In this document: positions 53,573 to 64,000 of the stretch, one piece after another
Layout: each line of letters opens with the position of its first letter
Position numbering within the stretch: position 1 is the stretch's first letter
Assembly (NCBI GenBank): GCA_907165135.1
Contig: OU015566.1
Span: 11,036,001 to 11,100,000, forward strand
Direction: 5' to 3'
Origin: Oikopleura dioica
Taxonomy: Eukaryota; Animalia; Chordata
DNA: 64,000 bases
Made by a program: the position numbers and the translations under genes
The notes under the pieces: generated by a model
Database searches by the model: none
What the model saw: the letters and a program-made list of their open reading frames with translations, nothing else
Told to the model about the DNA's origin: nothing

Positions 53573-56500
53573 ATGCTAGAGAGTCTATCTAAAATAGTCC
53601 CAAGACTGCTTTGTTCTACATATTTCAATCTCGGTCAAGGGTATCAAATGATCGACTGCCAGAGAAATGGCTTTCCAAGTGGAATAGTTCCGGTTGGCAG
53701 AGGCTACTCCCCATCCGGCACAGTGAAAGGTTCCGGTCCCTCTGTGTATTGTAGCTGTGCCACGCCGGGGCCTCTTGTTTGCCAAATGATGAGTCCAGAA
53801 GCGATTGCCAATCTCGTATCTCTTGGTAATACTTCGTCCTGTTTTACATCGAAAAACGTCCTTTCTAGCTGAAAAGAGCACTGCTTCCATCTCACCTCCG
53901 GCTTACGGTGCGTCGCCGCCAATGGGTCCAACACTGCCAAACAACTCTTCCAGTATCAACATCTCGTTCTACGGACCGACTTACGATTACTACGGCGACT
54001 ATTACGGGAACTATGATTCTGCGTACGGTTCTTATGGCATTCCTCCACGTCAGGTCCCAGCAATACCGCAAGGTGGCCCGATCGGCAGTGGCGGAGGCAA
54101 TGTTGATCAATCTACCGGAAACAAGTTCGTGCTGCCTCTTGTCAAAACCAACGAAACTGAAGACTCAGCAGGTGATTATCACTTTATAATGGGCTCATAG
54201 ATGTGAGAATAAAGCGATTATCGTTTCAAATAAAACTTTCTAGCGATCAAAAGTAATAATGATGGAAGAAGTGCGGCCAATTCGTGGGCTGATTATGGTA
54301 ACTCAGCACAAGGATGGGCTTTTCCCCAAAGAGGTCAACCTAACAATTGGGGTGGACAGGCTCAAGTTCCAGCACAACAAGGTCCAGTTTGGGGCCCCCA
54401 AGCTCAAAATCCTCAATGGAGGGGTCCTCAAAGACCACCAGGACAATATCCTCCTTCAAATTGGCCCGTTTATGATGCGTATGGATCAAGTGGTTCTAAT
54501 AGCGACCAAACAAATGACCCTACTGATGGACAAGGTTTTCAGCCAACTTTCAAGCCTGTTATGCCACCAATTGCAGCACCTACAGAAGAGATGGAGACTG
54601 AACCAGATTATGATGATGTTCCAAATTATACAGAGGGCATTTATACAACAGAAGAAACCACCAGAAAGGTGAAGATTACAAAAGCGACTGTGAGTTCCCC
54701 TACTACAAAAGTCAGAACGACGAGGAGAACAACCACTACAAGAAGAACCACGACAAAGAGATCAACAACAACCTCAACAACGACTACCACAACGACTACC
54801 TCGACAACAACCACAACGTCTACTACAACAACAACCAAAACAACAACCACCACCACGACAACAACTACGACAACCACAACGACGACCACAACAACCACAA
54901 CACTACCCTCTAAACCCGAAGATTTCATGTCCTACATGTTCCAGAAATTAGTCAAACTTGAAGGCAACGCCAAAGCCATTGTCAGGCCGCCGTTAGTCGC
55001 CGCAAATTACGCGGAATCGGACATCGACTCATGTTGTGACTCCGGAAGGCTGTGGGCTGCGTCTCAGCATAAATGTGAAGATCAATTAGGAAAATATTCG
55101 CAGCACCTGGGGACTTCTATTTGCTCCTCGACAAGTTCTATTTGTTGCGAAAGAACTACGGCAGCGATGGAGTGTTATTACGGCGTACATGATTATTCGA
55201 TGGAAAGAAGCTGTCATTATTCGGGTACTGAGAATGACGAGAGGTCAAATTGTTGTGAATGCTGCCAGTTGGGCATGAAGATGAGAGATGAAGTCGGTCA
55301 CTGCTCCGCAGAGCTCTTCCTGCCTGAACCTTGCCGCTCAAGTTTCTATCACTGCTGCTCTGGTGCTGATACTCGTGCGACTTATTTGTACATACCTCCT
55401 AAGCCAACAACAACTACAAGTACGACAACAACCACCACAACGACAACAACAACGACCACAACAACAAAGCGTGATTATTGTGAGTTCGTGGGGCACAACT
55501 ACTGTCGAAATTTTGCCAACCAGCACTGCGTCTCCCAAGTCACCTCTTTTGCCTGCGTCTGCGACGACGGATACCACCAAGTCATCGAAAACGGAATCAA
55601 ACGATGCATTCATCCTTCCGAAATTACCACCAAAGCGCCGACGACAACGACAATAGGATATAAGACTTGCAATGACCTTGATTGTCTCGGAGATGGATCT
55701 TATTGCAGGCCGAATCCTGTCGGAGATGCGACTTGTCACTGCCATCTCGGATGGAAAATGAATGAGCTCGGTTATTGTGAAGACATAGATGAGTGCGATG
55801 ACCCGGACCCGTTTAGATTATGTGAGATGGAACATGAAAACTGTGTTAACACTCCAGGCAGCTATGAATGCCAGCTTCAATGTGGAAACAGACTCAGATA
55901 CAACAATGGCCGTTGTGAAGACATTGACGAGTGCGCCGACGGAATGCACGATTGCGGAGAGGACGAAGAATGCATAAACACTTATGGAGATTTTAGATGC
56001 AGAGGACAGCAAGCTTGCGCCGATGGCTTCAGAAACGACGGAACTGGAAACTGCGTCGACGTTGATGAGTGTGCCGAGGGACATATTTGCCCGTCAAATG
56101 CGCGATGTCAAAATCTGCCTGGCTCAAAGTCTTGTGTATGCTTGCCCGGATTTGCTCCTGATGAAAGTGGAAACCTCTGTGTCGATGTTGATGAATGCTT
56201 GAGGGACAAATGCAATGGGTTCAAATGTATAAACACTATTGGAAGGTAAATATTTCTTTTCAATAAGTGAAAAAAAAACATTTCTTAGTTATCACTGTGA
56301 TATTCATCAACGACTCTGTAAGTCTGGTTTCCAACTAAACCCGAGTAGCAATCAGTGCGTCGACATCAACGAGTGCGAAGATCAAATCTCTCCATGCAAA
56401 ATTCATGAAAAATGTGTCAACAACATCGGTTCATACTCTTGCGTTCCCGACTGCGCCCCTGGAATGGAATTCGTCGGAAGGACTTGCCGAGGTTTGAAAT

Positions 56501-57570
56501 CTTTGACGCTCTTTTTTGCCAAGGATTCATTGATCGTTTAGATATCAATGAATGTCGAGAAAATACACATGAATGCGGGGAAAATGGGGTTTGCGTAAAT
56601 AGAATGGGAAGCTACAGTTGTCACTGTAATCACGGATTCCAAGAACGAACGTTCGGATTCCAGCGCCATACATGTCAAGGTATATTCAAGATATAACTTG
56701 CTTATCTTTTTATGTGTCCCTTCATCGAATTTTAAAAATATTTGCAGACATAAATGAGTGCGAACGACGAAGTAATCCGTGCCAGTACAATTGCGAGAAC
56801 ACAATCCCTGGTTACACATGCTCCTGCCCGACTGGATATGATGTCCACGGAAACAGATGCATAGGTAAAGCATTCTCAAAATTCGGCTTTCTGATCATTT
56901 CTTTGAAGACATAGATGAGTGCAAAACTGGAAAGCACGACTGTCAGCCTGACCAAATGTGCCACAACATCGATGGAGGCTTCAAATGTATCAACAAAACT
57001 TGCGACCCTGGATATAGATTGAAAAGAAACAAAAGAGGGCAAAGCAACAAGAGAACATCCCCCTACACGTAAGAAACCATAATTTTGATTTTTGAATCAA
57101 ATGTTAGTAAATTCTGATTTATTACCTACCGATGTAATATATCAAGGAAAAACTTACGAGTGATTGAGAGCAGCTTCTGCCAAAAAATTAATCTTACTTA
57201 CAAACATAGATGCGAAAAAGAATGCAAAAACCCTCGAACTTGCGAGCACCGCGAAATCTCCATGAATTACTTCTCGTTCAAATCCGACTTCCACGGGCAG
57301 GCTTTCAAGCTCACGATCGATACACGCTCATTAGTGTCCGTCAACTTCAAGATCTCTTATGGCGACAAATCCCTTTTTGGAGTATGCAACAACAATTTAA
57401 AACTTGATCATCATCTATTTTTAAAGCTCAAAGTGGAGGATACAGGCAGTCATTCTGTGGCAATACTGATGGCGAAGAAAGTGATACAGGGGCCGGGATA
57501 TTATGTGGTGGATATTGAAACAATCGCACAACTTCAACATCGAAAGGAAGGGGTTCACATTTACCAATGA
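53573..57570 (+). CDS. Fibulin-1/2-like ECM protein: low-complexity N-terminus, Thr-rich tracts, anaphylatoxin-like modules, tandem cbEGF, fibulin-type C-terminal module; multi-exon
   Basis: CC..C..CC modules in ORF 54561-56249, many D(I/V)(D/N)EC cbEGF repeats, phase-1 introns between EGF modules, C-terminal beta module at 57160-57570. Confidence 0.85.
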
Positions 57571-58247
57571 ATAAAAATCCTCATATTCCATGAGTTTATT
57601 TACTTCATAATTGATTTTTCATTTCTCGCCCTGGAAAAAGCTAACATTTGTGACGCGCTGTAACATATGGATCGGCGCCTATCGCTTCTAGACGACTTCA
57701 GAGCTACAGTACCAGCTACAGTAAACCAGTCCAAACCACCCTATCTTCAAAGTTCAGCAAAACCTCTGTACAGACATATCCACTTCCAAAAACTACATGT
57801 TTCATTTACTTGATACTGACGGAGTAAATATATAAATAAATATTTGCAAATTTTCAACTGTTATATTTCAAATTAGCTGTTGGCTTATCCAACAAAAAGC
57901 AGGTTAACGCGGCAGGAGGGTGAGTTGTTTAGCGGATACACACTTGAATGAAGCGGTCGATTTCATGGGAGAGCTTGAGGCCTGATTTTTGACGCCGAAA
58001 GATGTAAATATAATCTGCAGATAGAAAGTTATCAACGATTTTATGGAAAAAATCCCATTTTTGATTTTTGGTTACTTCTATTTGAAAACCAGAATCAAGA
58101 TTTTTTCGTAGTAAACAGATATTTTGCCTACATAATAAGAGAATCCAAAATTTCATAAATATCAAATCAAGTGGATTCTTATTTTTCGATTATATTTTCT
58201 TGTCATAACAAAATTTACCATTTTCATCCAAAAATAGAAAAAGAGAC

Positions 58248-60035
58248 ATGAATGCGCATTTTGAGCTCCCGCCGAACTCTCAAAGGGCGCATTCTTCCTG
58301 TTAGTTTCCCTGAATCAGCACTTACTCGGCCGGATACCTTCGATCTCTCTTCCGCCCTCTTTCAGTTGCATCTCGCGCGCACTTCAAATTGGTTCGGTTG
58401 GCGCGGCCCGTCCATCTGTGCAAAATCTTCGCTCGACCCAGATCCGAAAAAAAGCTGCATTCCGACAAAGCCCCAAAATCACCCGCCTTTTCAATAGCTT
58501 TATTTTTTTTCGTAAAAGAAAAGTCTGTATGGAAGTTCCGCTCATTTCAGCGTGCCGCGACGTTGAGAATATTCGAAATATGCTCGAGAACTTAGAGAAC
58601 AACTTGGAAAATGAATATTGCACGAAGACGGTAGACTCGGCGCGGTTTAAAGCTCTCACAAGGGAGAACAGGGGACTCGTCGAAGAATTGAAACAGTGGA
58701 AAAAGAAATTCGAACAGGCACAGGTCAATATTTTTCGATGAAAAAACAGGGTCATTCTCAGAGAAAATTGTTTAAACTTTAAAGCTAAAGGTTAATTAAT
58801 TAATAGCCCCCAAATATTTTGAAGGGTAAAAGTCTTTAACCGTGAAAGATGGTTACCTTCGAACTTCATTGACTGGTTACATAATTAGTTGCATATACTG
58901 ATTAGTAGTTGTGTGTTTCATGATAGAGATAATAAAGAGAGCGATTTCGCCGGGAGACGGGGAAGTGACTTTTATTGACCTGAGAATGAAGGAGCAAAAG
59001 GCAAAAGAAACACTTGTGGAGAAAGTACGCGTACTCGAAGCAAAGTTGAATGAGAGCGAGAAGAAAAGACAACTTCCAATGACGTAAGTTTCAATATAAA
59101 GAATCACAAATTAGATTTTCTCAAGAAAAAAATATAAATTTAGTCAAAAGCAAGGATGATACATTTTTTAAAATATCTGTTGATCGGGAATCCTTACTGA
59201 TAAAATTAGATCCGAAGAGAATTCCTGAAAACTAATTTTAGGGACGACAATCAAAACCAAGCGTGCGTATGTCAATTACCTGCTGAAAATGAGGCCGAAG
59301 AGACGTTTGTTGAGCCACCGCCGCTTCCCGAAAAACGACTGAGAAAGCAATCGAGCTTCATTAGGCCGCACAAACCCAATCCGCCTTTATTTGATGAGAG
59401 CTGTGTCACTGTATCTTCAGGTACAATTCAGTTTTATTTCATTTTTCTGAAACTTATCCTTTCAGCAATGAAAGACGCGGGACTTGACGAGTCGATCATG
59501 ACGCTTCCGCCAGAGATGACCATTATCAGCGACGACAATGAAGCATCGTCGGAACAGAGTATCATGATCAATGAACTGGTTGCAGCGGAAAAGCCGTCTA
59601 CGCAGAGAGTCTCGAAGGTAAGCATGCATTGTTGATTTAAAGACCATAATAACCAAGAAATATCGAGCAATTTATAAATATCTATAACAGGGAAAGCGAA
59701 TTTCAACCGTAAGATTTACCAACAGCTTACAAAATCCATTCGTTACACCCCCACCAAATATACAGAAAGAATAATACAAAACCCCGCATACTTTTGAAAT
59801 CTGACGACTATTTTCTTTTCAGGCGATCCAGCGAAGTCTGAATCAACTCTCCAACTCCGTCAACGACGAAGACTTCGACCAGCTCGAGTCTATCCCGATC
59901 CCCATCCCTCGCCTCAACCTCGATGGACTCATCGTCAAAAAGCGCCGCGACGTGAACTGGGATCACAAAAATACAACTGAAGACACTCCACCGAAGAAAA
60001 GAAAAGTCGCTGTCGGAAAAACCTTTGACTTTTGA
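58248..60035 (+). CDS. Uncharacterised coiled-coil nuclear protein, multi-exon
   Basis: Coiled-coil exons (58520-58730, 58960-59085). Last exon ends ..EDTPPKKRKVAVGKTFDF* and is followed by AATAAA. Confidence 0.5.
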
Positions 60036-60385
60036 AAAACTTGTTTTTATAAAAATTTTGTTCAGTGGCCCATCTGTAAGTTAAAAAATCTTAATCTGCA
60101 CACTTCTTATATAAATCACTTAGTTGTACAATAAAATCTCAGAAAACAGATTTTGCACGCGTTTCAAGCTTGTTCACCGAATTATTCTAGCGCCGGTAAT
60201 GGATTCATAAAGGCTCTGAGCGTGAAATCAAAGCTTTTATTTCGGCAACTGAGACATTCCCTCTGGGTGAGCTTTTTGGTGCACCGACGAGTTTTTTCCT
60301 CTTTTCCTCTTTGTTATTGTCTTGCGTCATAACACCTTATGGAAATTAAATTCCACTGCGTTTTGAATTATGCGGAATTATTGAC

Positions 60386-63300
60386 ATGAAGATCTTAGCT
60401 TTACTAAATATAAAATTTGCTTATTCTTTTTATTGTGGCTTTGACGGTGGAGATTTCTGCGAAAATTGGACTGGACCAGAGAAATGGTCGATTTCACGAG
60501 ATTGGGGCTCAGATTTGGAGCACTTCGTTAGAGCAAAGTTTGAAGAAGATGATGAAGAAATAGTTCTAGAGCTACCGAAGGTTGAATTAGTCGCGGAAAC
60601 ACATTATTGCTTCGAGTTTTTCTACCGCAGCTGGTTTGAAAATGGATCCGCTGGGGTTAGATTTACAGAGCCGTTTCTTGGATTTGAAGAAATTGGTTGG
60701 TATGAGAACTTGTCCGCTTCAAATAAATGGGAAAGAGTAAGAGTACCTCTTTTGGGAACTGATTTTCCAGAGCTCAATATTGAGATCATCTCGAAAGGAA
60801 CAAAGGATGGGAAGATCAATTTTGACGAGTTTTCTTTGCACAAGAAAAAATGCAAGCACTTATGCGACGGAGACGATTTTACTTGTTTCAAGATAAAAGG
60901 TTGTGTTCCTCGATCGAAAATTTGCGATGGAATAAATGACTGTATTGATCAATCTGACGAAAAATACTGCATCGATGGTGAGGGATATCAAACAACTGCT
61001 GCTCCTGACTTTTGGGATATTCTTGGATCAACTCAATCGCCAACTGAAGCTTTTGATCTCGATTTTCTTGTAACAACTGTTGGTCTTTTCGATGCGTTGG
61101 ATCAGATTCTAGCGACGACGCCAGATCCACTTGCGGAACTTGATGAGCTCTTGGCAACAACCCCTGATCCCTTAGAAGAAATTCAGCTGATCGACTGGTT
61201 TGAAGAGCCTACAGCTTCGACCACAACAACAATTTTTGCGCAAATTGCTACGAAATCTTCTACTACTACATCAACTTCCACATTATTAACCAAAACCACG
61301 ACAACTGAGATGACAGCTTTTACACTGAGGGAAACAACTTCATTGGACGATATTTTTGCTAATCTCACTTCAACAACACTTATTTCGACTTCAACATTAA
61401 CATCAACATCATCTTCTTCAATCACGGCCACAACCACAACTACAACGACTACAACAACTTATTCTCTACCAGAAACTTGTCGAAACAAAACTCTTGGCTC
61501 TGTAGTCGAAAATCCGCAGCAAACTATTCTTGAGCGCGAACAGTACCAAACCTACGACCTCAGCTATGCACTTTCGCTTTCAACCCTTTTCTACGAAGCC
61601 CAAATTGCTGGAAAGAAACCCTCTTGGAGTCGAATTCCTTGGCGCGGCGATTCAGTACTTGCAGATGGATGCGACCTTGAGCTGGATCTTTCGGGAGGAT
61701 TTTTTGATGCTGGAGATTCGGTAAAATTTACATATCCAATGGCTTTTGCAATTAATCTGCTCATCTGGGGTGCGCTAGAATTTCCGATCGGATATAGAAG
61801 CGCTGGTCAATATGAAGCTAATAATAGAATCATTCGGTGGGGCATTGATTGGTTGATGAAGGCGAATTACGAAGAACTCAGTATTGTAGGAATGGTTGGC
61901 CTTCCAACGACCGAGCATTCATTCTGGATTCCACCGGAGAAGATTGATCATTTTCGACCTTCGTTTACTTCAAATGAAGAAAATCCAGCGTCAGATTTGC
62001 TTGGCCAAGTAGCAGCAACATTTGCCTCTGCTGCCGTCTATTTCCAAGCTGATGACCAGCAGCTATCTCAAGAGCTATTTAATCGGTCGGTTATCATGAC
62101 TAGAAGCTGTTTCGAGAACCATGGCTATCTGCACAATGCGATTCCAGAGCTGAAAGAATACTACAAAAGCTGGCATATTGCAGACGAACATGTTTATGCA
62201 GCTCTTTGGGTCCATAAAGCGGCCGTTGTTCTAGGCAACGAATCAATTGCGGAAGAAATGAAGGCCTTGGCGTTTTCATGGGAAGAACGAGCAATCAACG
62301 GGGATATCGAATACAACACAATTTGGTGGGAAGGCGAATCCTTCAACTGGGACTCTAAACATCCCGCGATTCATTATCTCTTCAGTAATTTATTCGACAA
62401 CGAGCCGAGCAAAGAAAGGTTCGAAAAATTCAAGACCTCGATTTTTAGACGGGAAAGGACAGAAAAGGGATACATTTGGATCTCAAAATGGGGCTCGACA
62501 AGGCACAATGCGAATGCAATGTTTTTGCTCGCTTTGGATGCAAGAGATCAAGAAGACTTTGGTTTAATTCAGGAAGTCAAAGGGCAGATATATTATCTTC
62601 TGAATGGACCTGTCATTGATGGAAAAACTGGGTCGTATTTGATAGGATACGGCGATGTCTATCCATCGGAGCCCCATCATCGGGGCTCATCGTGCAACGG
62701 TGCTGAAGACTTCTGCGTTGAGGGAAATAATACAGAAGCTGTTTGGACACTCTACGGTGCTCTCGTTGGTGGAGCAGACACAGTCACAGATGTATTTATC
62801 AATGACAGAAAAAACTGGATAACAAACGAAGTGGCACTTGATTACAACGCTGGTTTCCAATCAACTCTCGCGGGCCTGATTGCGCTCGAAGACAAACTTA
62901 CGACCACAACTACCACAACAACGACTTCAGCTACTCTTTCAACGACCGAAGCGCCAAGACCAACACAAGAACTTGGCTTTCAAACACTCACGTTTGTATC
63001 TTACGGTAAGCGATTCGACGAAACTCAAGACATGCAAAAACGAACGCTAGAAGAAGGAAAGTACTTCAGAACTCTCATCGGTGATTTTTCGGACGAGTAC
63101 AGCAATCCTTGGCCACTAGAGAGATTTGAAGAACTTGAGCGGACAGAAATGCGCTGGTGCTTCAAACTTTTTGGGGAGCGTTTATTAGTTGGCCATAAAA
63201 GTGGAGTTTGGATTCACGACGGAAGTGAATCAAATTGGACGTCTTTGACTGATGGCCTCATCCTCGATCCTCTTGATTTCTTTGACGGCTCATCAATCGA

Positions 63301-64000
63301 TCAGGAATATCTTGATTACGTCGGCGTTGAAAGCTTCTTTCCGACGGTTGACTGGCCCTTTCTGACAAAAGAGCTCAAGAGAAGCTTATCATGCGAAGTT
63401 CATATGGGCAAAATCTTCTTTTGCGGGCTTCATGAAGGGAAAACATGCGTAGTTTTCAATGAAGATCTTGAATTCGAGACATTTTTTGAAACGAAAATTG
63501 AGCGTGATGGCGGCGCTCTTGTTTCCTACAAGGATAAGCTACTCTTCATTGGTGGTCAAAAGCAAGAAAACACCCTAGGAGCACGTGGAATTACTGAAAA
63601 TCGAAAAAGAAGGCAAGTTGGAATGCAAAATTTCCTATCCGGACTTAGCACTTTCCTCGGAACCAAGGAAGCAGAGCGACAAAATTCACCACTCAAGGAT
63701 GTCCTCGATCTCTATGGTGATGTAGAAGTCATAACTTTTCACCATAACGATATCAACAACAAGACAATAACATTTGGACCGGATCTTCCCCCACAGTTTC
63801 AACCTTCAACACCGCATGATGCTGTTTGTGTTTTCAACGAAAATATCTTTATCGTCACAAAAACTCGTAATGACGACGATCCTCTTCAATATGAAACTCA
63901 TCTTCTGTCAATTGACAATTTGAGTATTGACACAAGCTGGCAGTCCTACAGAAACTTGTTTCTTGAGAAAAGGGAAAATATGACGATGGTTCCTTATCAG
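60386..64000 (+). CDS. Secreted mosaic GH9 endoglucanase: MAM-like, LDLa, Thr-rich linker, GH9, Thr-rich linker, kelch-like; intronless and open at the window end (>=1205 aa)
   Basis: Same frame checked at 60386, 61706, 62822 and 63962. LDLa CVPRSKICDGINDCIDQSDEKYC; GH9 GGFFDAGDSVKF, PHHRGSSC, NEVALDYNAG; kelch-like RDGGALVSYKDKLLFIGG. Confidence 0.85.
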   Translation, partial: MKILALLNIKFAYSFYCGFDGGDFCENWTGPEKWSISRDWGSDLEHFVRAKFEEDDEEIVLELPKVELVAETHYCFEFFYRSWFENGSAGVRFTEPFLGFEEIGWYENLSASNKWERVRVPLLGTDFPELNIEIISKGTKDGKINFDEFSLHKKKCKHLCDGDDFTCFKIKGCVPRSKICDGINDCIDQSDEKYCIDGEGYQTTAAPDFWDILGSTQSPTEAFDLDFLVTTVGLFDALDQILATTPDPLAELDELLATTPDPLEEIQLIDWFEEPTASTTTTIFAQIATKSSTTTSTSTLLTKTTTTEMTAFTLRETTSLDDIFANLTSTTLISTSTLTSTSSSSITATTTTTTTTTTYSLPETCRNKTLGSVVENPQQTILEREQYQTYDLSYALSLSTLFYEAQIAGKKPSWSRIPWRGDSVLADGCDLELDLSGGFFDAGDSVKFTYPMAFAINLLIWGALEFPIGYRSAGQYEANNRIIRWGIDWLMKANYEELSIVGMVGLPTTEHSFWIPPEKIDHFRPSFTSNEENPASDLLGQVAATFASAAVYFQADDQQLSQELFNRSVIMTRSCFENHGYLHNAIPELKEYYKSWHIADEHVYAALWVHKAAVVLGNESIAEEMKALAFSWEERAINGDIEYNTIWWEGESFNWDSKHPAIHYLFSNLFDNEPSKERFEKFKTSIFRRERTEKGYIWISKWGSTRHNANAMFLLALDARDQEDFGLIQEVKGQIYYLLNGPVIDGKTGSYLIGYGDVYPSEPHHRGSSCNGAEDFCVEGNNTEAVWTLYGALVGGADTVTDVFINDRKNWITNEVALDYNAGFQSTLAGLIALEDKLTTTTTTTTTSATLSTTEAPRPTQELGFQTLTFVSYGKRFDETQDMQKRTLEEGKYFRTLIGDFSDEYSNPWPLERFEELERTEMRWCFKLFGERLLVGHKSGVWIHDGSESNWTSLTDGLILDPLDFFDGSSIDQEYLDYVGVESFFPTVDWPFLTKELKRSLSCEVHMGKIFFCGLHEGKTCVVFNEDLEFETFFETKIERDGGALVSYKDKLLFIGGQKQENTLGARGITENRKRRQVGMQNFLSGLSTFLGTKEAERQNSPLKDVLDLYGDVEVITFHHNDINNKTITFGPDLPPQFQPSTPHDAVCVFNENIFIVTKTRNDDDPLQYETHLLSIDNLSIDTSWQSYRNLFLEKRENMTMVPYQ

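Noticed and set aside
54641-54928. Poly-Val ORF (and the similar one at 61183-61437)
   Set aside because: These are antisense shadows of Thr-rich ACN repeats.
59984-60010. SV40-like NLS (TPPKKRKV) as a sign of viral origin
   Set aside because: It is a short generic NLS in an ordinary spliced host-type gene outside the element.
1-64000. Prokaryotic or phage interpretation (operon-like overlaps, protein-primed polymerase)
   Set aside because: Frame-restoring spliceosomal introns, AATAAA signals and metazoan genes (DCLK3, fibulin) show a eukaryotic host with an integrated Polinton-type element.

Overview
This is eukaryotic DNA. Tiny introns, some non-canonical GA/GC donors and a GH9 cellulase gene fit an appendicularian tunicate such as Oikopleura (inference). 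A DCLK3-like kinase gene (~5.2-38.8 kb, +) is split by a ~27 kb intron. That intron holds a ~26 kb Maverick/Polinton-type endogenous virus, almost all on the minus strand. It has a complete core: protein-primed PolB, packaging ATPase, rve integrase, adenain-like protease, major capsid protein, a candidate minor capsid protein and a basic core protein. Its genes carry a uniform class of 38-43 bp GT-AG introns, mostly phase 1. The spliced accessory genes encode an apparent SUMO/ubiquitin/cell-cycle toolkit: a zinc finger + SIM + RING protein, a second RING protein, and an acidic protein with a SIM and duplicated CDK-site/RXL motifs. Two orphan paralog families and two 29-30 bp repeat arrays also lie inside the element. 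To the right are a recent MULE transposon (9-bp TSD), a triple-nested set of non-autonomous DNA transposons, a hAT-type foldback element, a fibulin-1/2-like gene, a coiled-coil gene and an intronless MAM-LDLa-GH9-kelch-like ORF that runs off the window end. I found no rRNA, tRNA or CRISPR. All family assignments come from manual motif recognition and no searches were run.
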